From assembly GCA_002269645.1 (NCBI GenBank), contig NIVC01004150.1, positions 1 through 57,864 of the forward strand: a stretch of 57,864 bases of DNA, read 5' to 3'. Positions 14,125 to 26,601 of this stretch are shown piece after piece. This stretch comes from Macrostomum lignano (Eukaryota). Within the stretch, counting starts at the first letter, position 1, and every line of letters starts with the position of its first letter. The position numbers and the translations under genes were made by a program. The notes under the pieces are model-generated. The model had not been told where the DNA came from and searched no databases. It worked only from the letters and a program-made list of their open reading frames with translations.

Positions 14125-14545
14125 CTTTGGGAATTCCATTGCGCACATAGACTAGAGAGGGAGAATCCCATTGAGTACACATAGACTATACTGGGGGAAT
14201 CCCATTGCGTACACATAGACTATACTGGGGAATCCCATTGCGCACACGTAGACGATACTGGGGGAATCCCATTGCTTACACATGGACTATACTGGGGGAA
14301 TCCCATTGCTTACACATGGACTATACTGGGGGAATCCCAATGCGCACACATAGACTATACTGGGGGAATCCCATTGCGTACACAGACTATACTGGGGGAA
14401 TCCCATTGCTTACACATGGACTATACTGGGGGAATCCCAATGCGCACACATAGACTATACTGGGGGGATCCCAATGCGCACACATAGACTATACTGGGGG
14501 GATCCCATTGCGTACACATAGACTATACTGGGGAACACCATTGTG
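14125..14545. repeat. Minisatellite, ~34-bp unit (ACACATAGACTATACTGGGGGAATCCCATTGCGT), about 11 copies
   Basis: Direct periodicity; each unit contains GGGGAATCCC or GGGGATCCC. Confidence 0.9.
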
Positions 14546-15171
14546 CAGACTATTCTGAGGGAAATAACAAAACAGCCTGGCAAGTATTCCAAGGGTGAAC
14601 AGAAGACTGAACTACACTTGTACTATGATTGGCCGTTTACAATTTGGTCAAATCACTCGCAGATGCGAATGTTTAAATACAAAAGGTACACAGGCTCTCT
14701 TCGTGTGGCTGCAAAATATATTCAACATTTGAAAAAGAAATTTAAATTTTGCACGCATGCACCAATACGAGCTAGTTCCTGGTCGAAACAATTGGATCTG
14801 AAGAATCCGTGTTTATTTGAATCATCAATTCACTAATACAGTAAAGCCGTTTCCAGTCAGTTAGAAAATTTTCTCTTCAATCTGTTAAATTAAACTGTGT
14901 CGGCTGGCAAACAGAATAGCACAATGCATCCAAGGCAATAAATAGTGGAAGAGGATACTGACCAGCATTACGGACCAGCGGCTATGAAATCTGGAAATTT
15001 CTAAATGAGCAAAATATAATTCAAGACACACATTTTGGCTGCAGACTCCTGTGTTGACTTTCGAAAGATAGGCAATACAGAAGTATGATATTTAAATCAT
15101 TTTAAGTCATTTTATCATGGTATCATCTCTCTGTAGATACTACTGATTTAAGTACGCAGTTCACACTTCAG

Positions 15172-18100
15172 CTACATATTAGGCGCCCATTTGATGCTCC
15201 ATTGCTGGAATTTGCCCTCAGCTATGCAGCTGTGCAATCGCGGATTCTGCAAACTGGCCCCATCAATGGGCTTAGTGTCCAAGCACAGGGCTGGGGACGC
15301 CTTTAATCTGATAAGCGTATTGGGCGGATTAAACTGGAACTGCTGCATAGCGTTGTTAATCTCGCAGCGCGAGAACAGCACCCGAGCATCCGGTGTAGCC
15401 GACATCGCTTGTAAGCACAAATCTGACGATGTGATCTGACCAGAGTCGGAGAACAGCCACTCCTGATTGCCGCCAGAGCCATGGCATGGATACATAGCTG
15501 GCGCCGAGCCAACAGAGGCTGTCAGCCTATCCAAACACTTCTCACCCTGCCGCAATTCGCCTCTTTTAGTCAAAGGCGCGCTGGGCGGCTTTAAATCCGG
15601 ATAGACATTCTCCAAATACCATTTGAATGACCGGCAGTTCAGACGGCGACGCAGCTCAAGGCGTTCTGACACGTCGCCTGGTTGAATGTAGCGAGCGCCG
15701 CCTGATGCCTGACGAGCGGGGAATAGTATGATACTAGCTGTGATACTTGCTTTGATACTAGCTGTGATACTCGCTATGATACTAGCTGTGATACTCGCTA
15801 TGATACTAGCTGTGATACTTGCTTTGATACTCGCTATGATACTAGCTGTGATACTTGCTTTGATACTCGCTATGATACTAGCTGTGATACTCGCTTTGAT
15901 ACTCGCTGTGATACTTGCTTTCATACTCGCTATGATACTCGCTGTGATACTTGCTTTGATACTCGCTATGATGCTAGCTGTGATACTTGCTTTCATACTC
16001 GCTATGATACTAGCTGTGATACTCGCTATGATACTCGCTATGATACTAGCTGTGATACTCTATGATACTAGTTATGATAGTCGCTGTGATGCTATGAGCA
16101 ATCTCCACTACCTTGCTAAGCATCCGTAAGATAAAAAGTACTTTCAAACACAGAACAAAGGCGAATGCAGAACATTAAAATAAGATGCTGCATTTTATTG
16201 TCAGTAACGATTTACTTGCTAAATATTGGTAGCCAGTGACAATTTGACTGTCAGCGGGCAAGAGGAAAGGTTTCCAAAACGTGATCAATATCTTAAAACT
16301 CACCTGGAAATAGAACTGTTTATATTCGTCCAGCCAGACCTCGGCAGCTCGGCGGGTATTGCGAGTGAACACTACCCCGGATCCGCCTGGAAACGAGTAG
16401 GGATGCTGCCTTCGGAACACGTGGCCAACCCGGCTACAGGGCAGAATCTCCAGCACGCAGTGGCACTGCCACACTCTCAGAGAGAATTCCAGATTCTCGG
16501 CGCCCCAAACGTCCATTTTAGTATCGTATTGGCCTAATTCGTTGAACAATTGTCTCTCGATGCTAAACAGGCCGCCAGCAATCATTGGCGTTCGAATCGG
16601 TGCGGTTGGATCGCGCGTTCTGGCCGCGAGTTCGCGCGAATTCAAATTGTCCCATTTGAATACGAGATTCCAGGCAAATCCGCCTTTTAAATTGGCCGAA
16701 GCGCCAATATAATCGAAATTGTCCATTCCGATGACGTCAATGATTGGCGAGACTACGGCTTTCCTATCCGATTTGATACGACTCAGCAGCGGCTGAAGCC
16801 AGTCTTTGTTGCACTCGCAGTGGCTGTCTAGAAAGGTCAACACGTGACCAGTGGCGGCGTTGGCTCCGCGAATTCTCGACCGCATTAGGCCTTCACGACG
16901 ATTGTTGCGGATTAGGCGAACCTGCCGGGTTTAGTGAAGCCGTGAAGGTGCGAGAATTTTATTGCAAAATCGGTTTATATAAAGCTGATAGTTAGCCCAA
17001 TAGTGGGTTCAGAATATAGTTGTCTCAGGTTAATTATCTCGCAAATTTATAAACTTATCAAAAGATCTCGACTCTTGCATTGAAGTTCCTGGGTTGTCAG
17101 ATGGGCTTCCGGTGTGCCTAGCAAAATTGCATAACATGTAGCTAACACATGTTACATTGGTAATACTAATTAGATGACGAAGACTTTACGTATCTTAAAA
17201 CTAGGATAGTTACTCTTGCCGTTTATCCACGCTACAATATGGTGATGGACCCAATATGGTAATGGACCCATTATAATGATGGATCCAATATGGTGATGGA
17301 CCCAATATGGTGATGGACCCATTATAATGATGGATCCAATATGGTAATGGATTCAATGTGGTGATGAATCGAATATGATGATGGATTCAATATGGGATGG
17401 ATCCAATATGGTAATGGATTCAATATGGTGATGAAGATGAATCCAAGATGATGATGGATTCAACATGGTGATGAATCAAATATAGTGATGGATCCAATAT
17501 GATGATGGATCCAATATGGTGATGAATCCAATATAGTGATGGACCCAATATGGTGATGCATCCAATATAGTGATGGGTCTAATATGGTGATGGATACAAT
17601 TGGGTGATGAATTCATTTGGTGATGGATCCAATATAGTGATGGATCCAATATGGTGATGGATTCAACATGGTGATGAATCCAATATAGTGATGGGTCTAA
17701 TATGGTGATTGATCCAATATGGTGATGGATCTAATATGGTGATGGATACAATATGGTGATGGATCCAATATGGTGATGGATTCAACATGGTGATGAATCC
17801 AATATAGTGATGGGTCTAATATGGTGATTGATCCAATATGGTGATGGATTCAACATGGTGATGAATCCAATATAGTGATGGGTCTAATATGGTGATTGAT
17901 CCAATATGGTGATGGATCCAGTATGGTGATGGATCTAATAATGGTGATGGATACAATTGGGTGATGAATTCAGTATGGTATCAAGCCATGCTTACCTTGG
18001 CTATTTGAGTCAGCAGTTTACCAGTGTCCTCGTCCGTACTAAAATCGTCAACAAGAATAATCTCGCGAACCAGATGGTAGGGCGACATCCGGAACACGCT

Positions 18101-19300
18101 GAGCACAGTGCGCACCAAGGTAGACCTGGCCTCGTTATGAAACGTTATAACAACGCTAGTATCGGGCAAATCTGTCGAATCGTATTGAATCGAACGGCAC
18201 TGCGATTCCCTAGTATCCGGCACGTCTCGAATAGCTGAAACACTGTCGCTAACCTGCTGGTTGAATTTGTTCTTGGCGTATTTGTCCTCGCCAGCGTGCC
18301 AGGCACCGCCGGCCACGTAGGCCTTCCAATCGAAGTTGGTCCACATTACCTTGGCAACGGGTTGGGATCAGTTAGCAACCGGTCTAATAAATGGTTGTAG
18401 TAGCCTGTATTTTAGGTTTTTGTTTTTTTGGCAAAACACTTGAAATTGACAAATAAAATCTGTCGCTATATGATTTTCTGAAGCCACACAACAAATAATA
18501 GTAATACTGAAATCGTCCATCTAAACCACAGATAGTAGAAAAACTAGATAGGCCACTCAGCACATTTGCATGTAAGCTACTTTCAGTTCAGTACATGTAG
18601 TAAGTTGAACAGAAACATTTTAATGCATTTTTAAAACCAAGGCTCACTACTCGTAATTGTCTCTTAACCCCCCAGCTTAAACCCTCCAACCGCGCCTTTC
18701 CACACTACCCCCTACCCCTCCCCAATTTTATTGCCTTTCTCTGAATTCCAGTCTGAAGCTGCCATGTACATTTCAGTGGACTGGCCAATGTACATTATTG
18801 CTGAACCAATTAGCAAGCTGCTTACGCCTGCAAGCTTGAACTTCTAAACTTATCAAAGTCATTTCAGCTGCCTTTATTTCTATAAAATTGCTTATGTACT
18901 CTTCTTTGCTACTGAACTGAAAGTAGAAAGCTGTTTTACTAAGTATATGTATATGTGCCCTTAGTGTCTTTAGTATCTGTGATCTGAACCGATTAAGACT
19001 CTGAAATACAAGCAACACCAATCTCACCTGTTGCTCCTGACTAGCACTACTAGCCTGGCTGTCAGCTGCCTGTTGCCTAGTGATAACAATATTTTTTGCC
19101 CGATCTTTTTTGCCAATCGATTCAGCTTTTGCTCGTCGAATGCTGGCGGGACCGAATCCGCCGCCGCCACCATTGTCACTATTGTCAGCAAAAGAGTTAC
19201 TCGAATCGGCTGAGTTTAAATAATAAAAGTACATAGCCGAGGCAAATATCCAAACCAGAAAGAAGCCCAGCATCCATCGGCGACACGAACGGCGAAACAT
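15172..19300 (-). CDS. GALNT2: Polypeptide N-acetylgalactosaminyltransferase 2: exons 19300-19028, 18349-17996, 16921-16304, 15708-15172 (593 aa, all introns phase 0)
   Basis: Type II TM anchor; [51 protein letters not shown] (DXH), [40 protein letters not shown] and a ricin lectin domain ([14 protein letters not shown]). Canonical splice sites found at all three introns. Confidence 0.96.
15726..16090. repeat. Minisatellite, 12-bp unit (TGATACTAGCTG / TGATACTCGCTA / TGATACTTGCTT), GALNT2 intron 3
   Basis: Direct periodicity; begins less than 20 nt from the exon 4 acceptor. Confidence 0.93.
17235..17975. repeat. Minisatellite, 17-bp unit (ATATGGTGATGGATCCA), GALNT2 intron 2
   Basis: About 43 degenerate copies, ending about 20 nt from the exon 2 donor. 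Confidence 0.93.
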
Positions 19301-22300
19301 TATTGCTTCTGCCTGTTCCTCACCAGCTTAGGGTGGCTTAGCTGACAGACTTCAGCTGATTGACAGTTTATGGTATTATAATTATCTGTGATAGAGTTTT
19401 ATTTGGTACATTGAGCAGAAGTAAGCGTTTTTTAATGCATGTAAAACATAAAGCTAAATACACAAAGCATGAGAAAAAATGCACATACAAATTTACACTG
19501 CTTATTTACAAGAGCAAATGAAGTTCCTGCATACAAATGACTTCTTGCAAAGTTGGCATACACATTCATACCATGTTTGGTATACAAATTGTGGTAGACA
19601 AAAAGTATTTGTAATTTTGGAGTGCATATTAATTTTATATAAATAAAATGTATTTATGGATGCTTGCTATCTAGGTTGCTTTCTATCTGGGAAAGCTTAC
19701 TATTAGGGAGATACTTGCTATCTGCAGGATGCTTATTGTCTTAAGGATGTTTTCCATTTAGAGGGAATGCCTGCTATCTTTGTAAAGGCTTTATTTTACT
19801 GTTTTTTCGCTACTTTTAGTAAAAAAGATTCATAGCAAAAAAATTTTTTGTGACAATTTATATACTATTTTACTCAAAAAGGCAATTTATAAAACTGAAA
19901 AAAAGAATTAGTTTTTAAGAAACTATGTTTTTAATGGTTTATATGAAAAGTTTTTGCTCTTTGCTTGCTGCAGGGGGCACTAAATTGCAGTTTAAATATT
20001 TCTAAAGTTATTAATTAAGTTTGTGTTTTTTAGAATTTACAATAAATAAGATTAGTAAAGATTATTGCCAAAAAATTTTAATATATATATATTATTATTT
20101 TAAGGTTATAGCATAATTTCATTTTTGTTTAAAATAACAAAAAATTGTTTGCAAAGTTGACTTTTTTTTAAAAGTTAGAATATATTTTAGAGAAATTACC
20201 TTCTGGCATACACTAGCATATATTTAGCTAGGCCTAAGTCTAAGATAGGGCCTAAGAATTGCATTTTAGCATGCAATAAGCCCTTAGGAGGCCTACTATA
20301 TGATTTGGACCTTGGCTTGAAAATACTTTAAAAACAAGTAAAGTCTGCTTTGCTATATTTCAATTTATTTAGACTTTATAATTATGAAATTACTTTTTTA
20401 CTGAAGCAAGAAATTATCTAAATGTAATTGTCAGAAACAATTTACATATTACATATCTACTTTTGGCCATTTGACAAAATGACCAGACTGTTCAAGATCA
20501 CTGCAGTGCAACAATTGGTATACTGTTAAAAATCTATATCAAGACAGCCAGGCACAGAATGGCCAATGTTAAAATTATTTGGCACACTATATATCACTGC
20601 TATTTTGTTAGTGTGCTACCATTGCTAGAATAATGCACAATGGCAAAAAGGGAATTCATTGTCGCAATGCTTTCTAGGCTCTGGCATATATTTAGTGACC
20701 CCTTGGCAGCCTATATACCTTGAAGAGTCATCCCATGGCATGTTTTTGCTAGACCCTTAATATGCATACTTGCATAATTTTTAAATTTTATTCTAATAGG
20801 ATATAATAAAGAAAACTTTTTTTGCTAAAAATTCAAAGCAAATTTAGCCTAGGACAAAGCATAACCAAGCAAGGCAGGGCAAAGGTAAGGCAAAGGTAAG
20901 GCAAATGCAGAGGCAGATAGGGGTAGGTCAAAGACAGGATAGGGTAAGGATTATCAAAGTGGTTGACTAACATGCTAGAGCTAAGCTTGTTTGTTGGCTA
21001 ATATATGTTGATCTAGATAAAAATTATTTGCCTTAAATGATTGAATTGGACCTTAAGGGAAAAGCTAACATAAAGGACAGATTTTGAGTTTGAGTTTCAA
21101 AGAATAGGAATTGGGGCATTAGATAGATTTTGAGTCATTTCAGATTAGATACTCAGATTTTGAGTTTTAGGCCATCAAGGCAGAAAGTTTTTTGGTCCTA
21201 AATATATTCTAGAGAATGCATGCCATAGGCCTCTACCTATATATTAGAAGTTGGACAAGATAAGATCTTGATCTCATGATTGATATTTAAGATTTACTTT
21301 TTTCTAATCAAATCTTGATTTTAAAAAGTGCCAACAATCTGAGATATAAAATAAAGTAGGCTAAAATAAAGAGCTATAGGTTGAATACCAAAATTATGAA
21401 TACAATATAGATTACTAAGATATTAATACAAGTATATTGAATCTAAAATTCAAATTAGTGCTAAAATTGAACTCATTTTAATTTTTAGTGTTACTTATGT
21501 TAGGGATTCAGCCAAGAGTTTAGATAAATAATGCTATAAAAATGATATTTTTTTACAAATTAGAGGCTATGTTTTTAATGGAAGTGTACAAATTATATTT
21601 TTGTTTTTTTAAACATATCAAATAATTAAAAAATAGAACTGCTTTTTTTGTTTTAGCTTTCTTCTCTTTAAATTAAGTATTTTAATTTTCAAGGTCTCAA
21701 TTAAATCTTATATTGCATTGTCAAATAATAATAAAATTAGTGATGGATACAAATATTTTGATTTGGAATCCAAATCTAAAAAAAGTCTCACTTTTCAGAA
21801 ATCCAAATGTTTTGGATTTGGAAATTTTATTTTCTAAATTTCAATATGCTTCCAAATATGAAAAAATCAAAACAACTAAACAAAATTATGTAAACATAAA
21901 AGAAATACAACTTTTAAAACAAGAAAGTAAATTTTTAAAATGAGAATGCAAAATTTAATGTCATATTGCTTGTTTCTTTACAATTTGTCTATTTTTGCAA
22001 TAATGTAGAGGCCTATATTTTAAAAAATTGTTATTAAGTAAAGTTACTTAACTTGGGACCTTTGAAGCATTTAGCCTAAAGTTGCAAAAACATTTTTAAG
22101 TAATCATTGTTGAAGTGTAACCATCACTTTGTTTTTTTTTTCAAAATGTAAATGCAACTTGGACTTTACATGCATTATACATAGTAAAGTCATCAAATTG
22201 CACGAACATAATATCAGTTAGCATAAGTGATTGGAATTAGTTAGATTAGATATATAAGAATTAAGTTCAATTCTAAGTTCAATTCAATTTAGATACTAAA

Positions 22301-25300
22301 TAAATTTAATATAAGCCCAAGATAGATTGAATCTTATCAGTAAATTAAAATGTAGCACTAATACAATTACTAATTAGGTGATGAGGCATTTTTGTCACTG
22401 AAAGATGGCATAGTTACTCTCACCATTTACCTTTCACTTTTTGTCTACATTTGGAAGCACATTCGGATATTTGGATTCTGATTCTAATTTTTTTGTACAT
22501 TTGGATTAAGTTTTAGAAACTTGCAAAAATCTATATTTAGTCCATCATTAATTAAAATCTTTTCAAAAATTCAATATTGTCTAGCTTCTATTATATACAA
22601 ATATTTAGTCTATTGGTTGATACTAATAGGCCTACTAGTTGATTTTTTTGTTTATTATGTAGGGATTACTTCTGTCCTTATAAATAATCTTACAATGCCA
22701 CCAGCTATTACAGGGGTTATTTCTTTTAGGCACTGTCTATGCTATTCTTATACTCTTCTAAAGATATTATTCTCTCAGTCCTAGGCATTCCTAAGATCAG
22801 AGGGTCATAGCTTACTTGCTATGTATTCCGCCTAAGGTGGGTTTTTCAGACTGAGTCTAGACTTCTTTACCCTATGGTAGGATTCTTGCTTTCTAAAGGC
22901 AATTTCTTGGATACTAGATCTGGATTTCTCATTTTTCTGAAAATGGTTTGAACTCTCCCAATTTTGGGGCTTTTTAGGCCCCTAGTGCTTCTACCTAAAT
23001 AACTAAGTCAGTAAGTATTGAACAAGGCTTCAATTTTGAGATATTAGAATAATTTCAAGCTTGAAGCAAGTAGCAGACAAGTTGGTTTCTTCTTTCTTTT
23101 CAAATACAATAGGCCTACTTTCTAAGAAAACGAGCAATGCTAAATAAGGCCCATTTCAATTAGGCCTATATTAGTTTTCCTAAAAAACAAGTTAGACATT
23201 TTTAAAAACTAAGCTTCAGAAAGGAGGTGCAATTCCTTACTTGGCCTAGCCCTGTAGCTGTATAGAATTGAATTTGATTGCAATTTAGTAAATAAAAAAT
23301 TATCAAAAATAAATGGGCTTATTATTTATATATAGACCCTAGTAGGTTATTAATATAAGTATATAAAAAGTTCAATTTTGTTAGATAAATAGGGGCCTAA
23401 TTAAGTATGAATTCAATGATTGAGAACCACAACATCCAGTATTGCAACTGAGATGCAACACATAACATCCATTAATAGGAACAAAACTCTAGTTCTAGAC
23501 TTTCTAAGCTTGCATCTCAGTTACATACGCCTATAAAACTTGTGCCTAAGATTTATGCCTAAGCCTATGAAGACTTAGACTAGGGCCTAGGTCTAGGTCT
23601 AGGAGCTTAATAAATAAAGTATATTATTCAAAATTTAAATTAAATTTCCTGTCAAGCAATATAGCAATTTGCTTGGGCAATTTGTTTAGGCCTACCTAAA
23701 TGCTGTAAACATAAAAATCGCAACCTTCCGAATGGCAACACTTCTAATGATAATTTTCTGCGCGATTTTATTTATTTAGTTAGACCTATTCAAAAAACAT
23801 TGGTCAACTCAACTGCTTCGCCAGTTCGCTTTAAAAGTGAGTCTATTACTACAAACGTGAGTGAAAGGGGGAGTTTATTTTTTGAAATATAACTAATACA
23901 ATACATAAGGGTTCCGGTTCATCACTGTTCTGTATCAGTATTAGCCAATTTCTAAGCCTCGTTTCGTGTAAATCTGTGGCAGGCGGATGCCACTATTGAT
24001 TTGAAGTTCGAAACGGTGACAAATTTTGCCTGTCGGAACTGCCCGTGTGGTGCTCCCTTGTTTGCCCTCCAGAGTCTGGATTTGCGTCCATTGCGTTTTC
24101 CATTGTATTTTCCACGCGGTGCGCGTTCGTTCCCAGGTGCTGGTTCATTTGTTGGAATGCGCTCCCCACGGTTTATTTTTTGCTCTATCCAGCGCTTGTA
24201 CAGTGCGCATCCATTGCTTAGTCCCGTCACTGCTCCAGCGGGAGAGCTACTTTTACCTGTTATATAAACCCTACCTTTTGGTGCGATAATGTAAGTGTGA
24301 GTTTTTCCCCTCTGCTCGACTCTGGCTCTGTTTTAAACATCTTCCTCTGCACATTTCTCTCGTTTAACCAGTTTATAATTACCCGGCGCCGCCGACGAAT
24401 TACACTCGCTCGTAGTCATTAATATTTTAATAATAATTAGTAAGCCTGCTCAATTCCATCTTAAGGAACATTTAATAAACGATAAGCCCCATTTATTCAT
24501 TAAACTATAAGCCATAGTATTTATTTGAGTCATTTGCCCGTGGGGCGTAAAACAACCAAGTTCTCATCTCAAAGATAGCTCTGAGACTTATCCGTTCCGT
24601 AATACGTAAATTACGGTGGTGGCAGCAACTACCCTACTGAAAGTAACAAACTCAGCTATTCGACGCATTATTTTACGGAGTCAGGAATCTCCGATTACAG
24701 TGTTTCATCGATTTGAACGACCTCGCCGCTACACGACTGCTCCGCTACGATTACGACTACCCTCCCCCGGAACTTGAGGACCCCGGCTGTCGGAGTAAAA
24801 AGGAGAAAAAATTTTCCTGTTGAGATTCGTCTGCGCGATTTTCCGGTTTTAATCGTGCGAACTCAACATTCGGCGGCAATTCAAACGAGGAATCCGCCCC
24901 ACCTCACTGGTGTCAGTAAATTTTCAAAACCGACCAAATTCCAAGAGAAAATCTTCTCCACCCCCACCTCATAACTCTTCGCGGAGCCGCGGGTCCAACT
25001 TGCAACTTGTGCACAGTTTAAATGAACTTAATAGTTAAAACAAATCAACAATAGTTTCTATCAAACCAACCAATCTAATTAAAGTATCACTTTTTAGACA
25101 GAATATTGCTAAAATTTCATACTAACAGCTTTCAAAAGCTTTATTTTGTATCAAAAGCACTGTTTTTTCAAGGCTTTAATTCTTGTTTTCTGGTTAAGTC
25201 TATTGTTTGTTACGTGTGTTGAATAATGGCAGAAAATTGCAACTTTCAAACTTTGGCAACGTTTTCAGTATGAGTGATCTGAGATTTTATGTTAAGTATT

Positions 25301-25466
25301 TCATGCAATATTCAATACACTGGTCCGATTTAGAAAAATCCCTACTCGCCGTTCTTTTCCAGACTTATAGTGAGATCTGAGTATACATATCTGCTTGTAA
25401 CACACGGAATTGTACCATGCCAATTGAAATTTTGTGACTTTATTGTATTCCAGGGCATATGACGAT

Positions 25467-25643
25467 GGCGACATTTGGCCGACGTTCCCGACGTCTATCG
25501 ACGTCGATGACAAATATGTGCTTAATTGTATTACATCGACGGATAACGACAACATGTGTCGGCTGAATGTCGTTGTAATGCAAAAGTACATATATTTTTT
25601 AATCAACATCGATAGACGTCGCGGAACGTCGGCCGACGTCGCC
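25467..25643. mobile_element. Imperfect ~177-bp palindrome (fold-back/MITE-like)
   Basis: Left arm GGCGACATTTGGCCGACGTTCCCGACGTCTATCGA pairs with right arm TCGATAGACGTCGCGGAACGTCGGCCGACGTCGCC; the axis is ACATGT at about 25555. Confidence 0.65.
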
Positions 25644-26601
25644 GAAAGTCGGATTGCTGCGGGAATGGGACACACTGTGTTTGTAATAGACTGAATCATA
25701 TTCAGCTCACTATATATCATAATAAAAGTTTTGGCTTATTGATACGCAAGCTTGTGTTTACATTTACTTCCACAAATGTCACTAAAATATGCATGTACAT
25801 AAAAAAACATGTACATCATGAATCTGTTATCTTACTTAACTTGGAAACATCGAAGCCGCTTGCCGCCTTCTTTCAGTAGCCTATTCTAATTATTATCGTA
25901 GTCCATGTTCGGTTTAGGTTGCACCAAATATTATTCATGGATAGCTTTGGCTTCCACAACCCAGATAAAACCCCCACCAGTCGACACTTATACAATACAT
26001 GTATGATGAGATCCACCACTTAAGACTCAACGCACCACAAACTGCGATATATAGATCTTCATTTTAAATGAAATTTTGCACTGGAAAGCCTCTAAATGCA
26101 AACGCAAAATTTAAAAGTAAGTATACTACATGTAAGTAGATGAACGAGAAACCTATATATAAAAAGGAAACGAATCCAGTGCCAGCTAGCACTAAGCTAC
26201 TACTAGTACGAACGGATCAGTAGTGTACAAGAGTCCTAGCTAGAATGAAAAAAAGTCAAAGATGCTGTAAACTAAACAATGTTACGAGTAAATGTACTGC
26301 CCCTTTTCCGAACCGTACCAATGTTAGTGGTGTTCAGCCGATCCTATTAAAACAAAAATACAGTCGAACAAGCTAATCCGATTAAAGAAATTGCAATTGC
26401 TAGCACAATACAGGTGTACGTAGGGTTCTACCTTCTAACAATTATAAACTCCCAATCCAAGCTATTTAACGTCATTCAAGATATCCACCTACAAAAAACA
26501 AAAACAAAACATTACAAGTGCAAGTATACTTTTGCGACTGAAAAACCTGATGACAAGATATATTTGAGCAGTCAGTTGTTTTTAGCTACGATCTTTATGG
26601 C

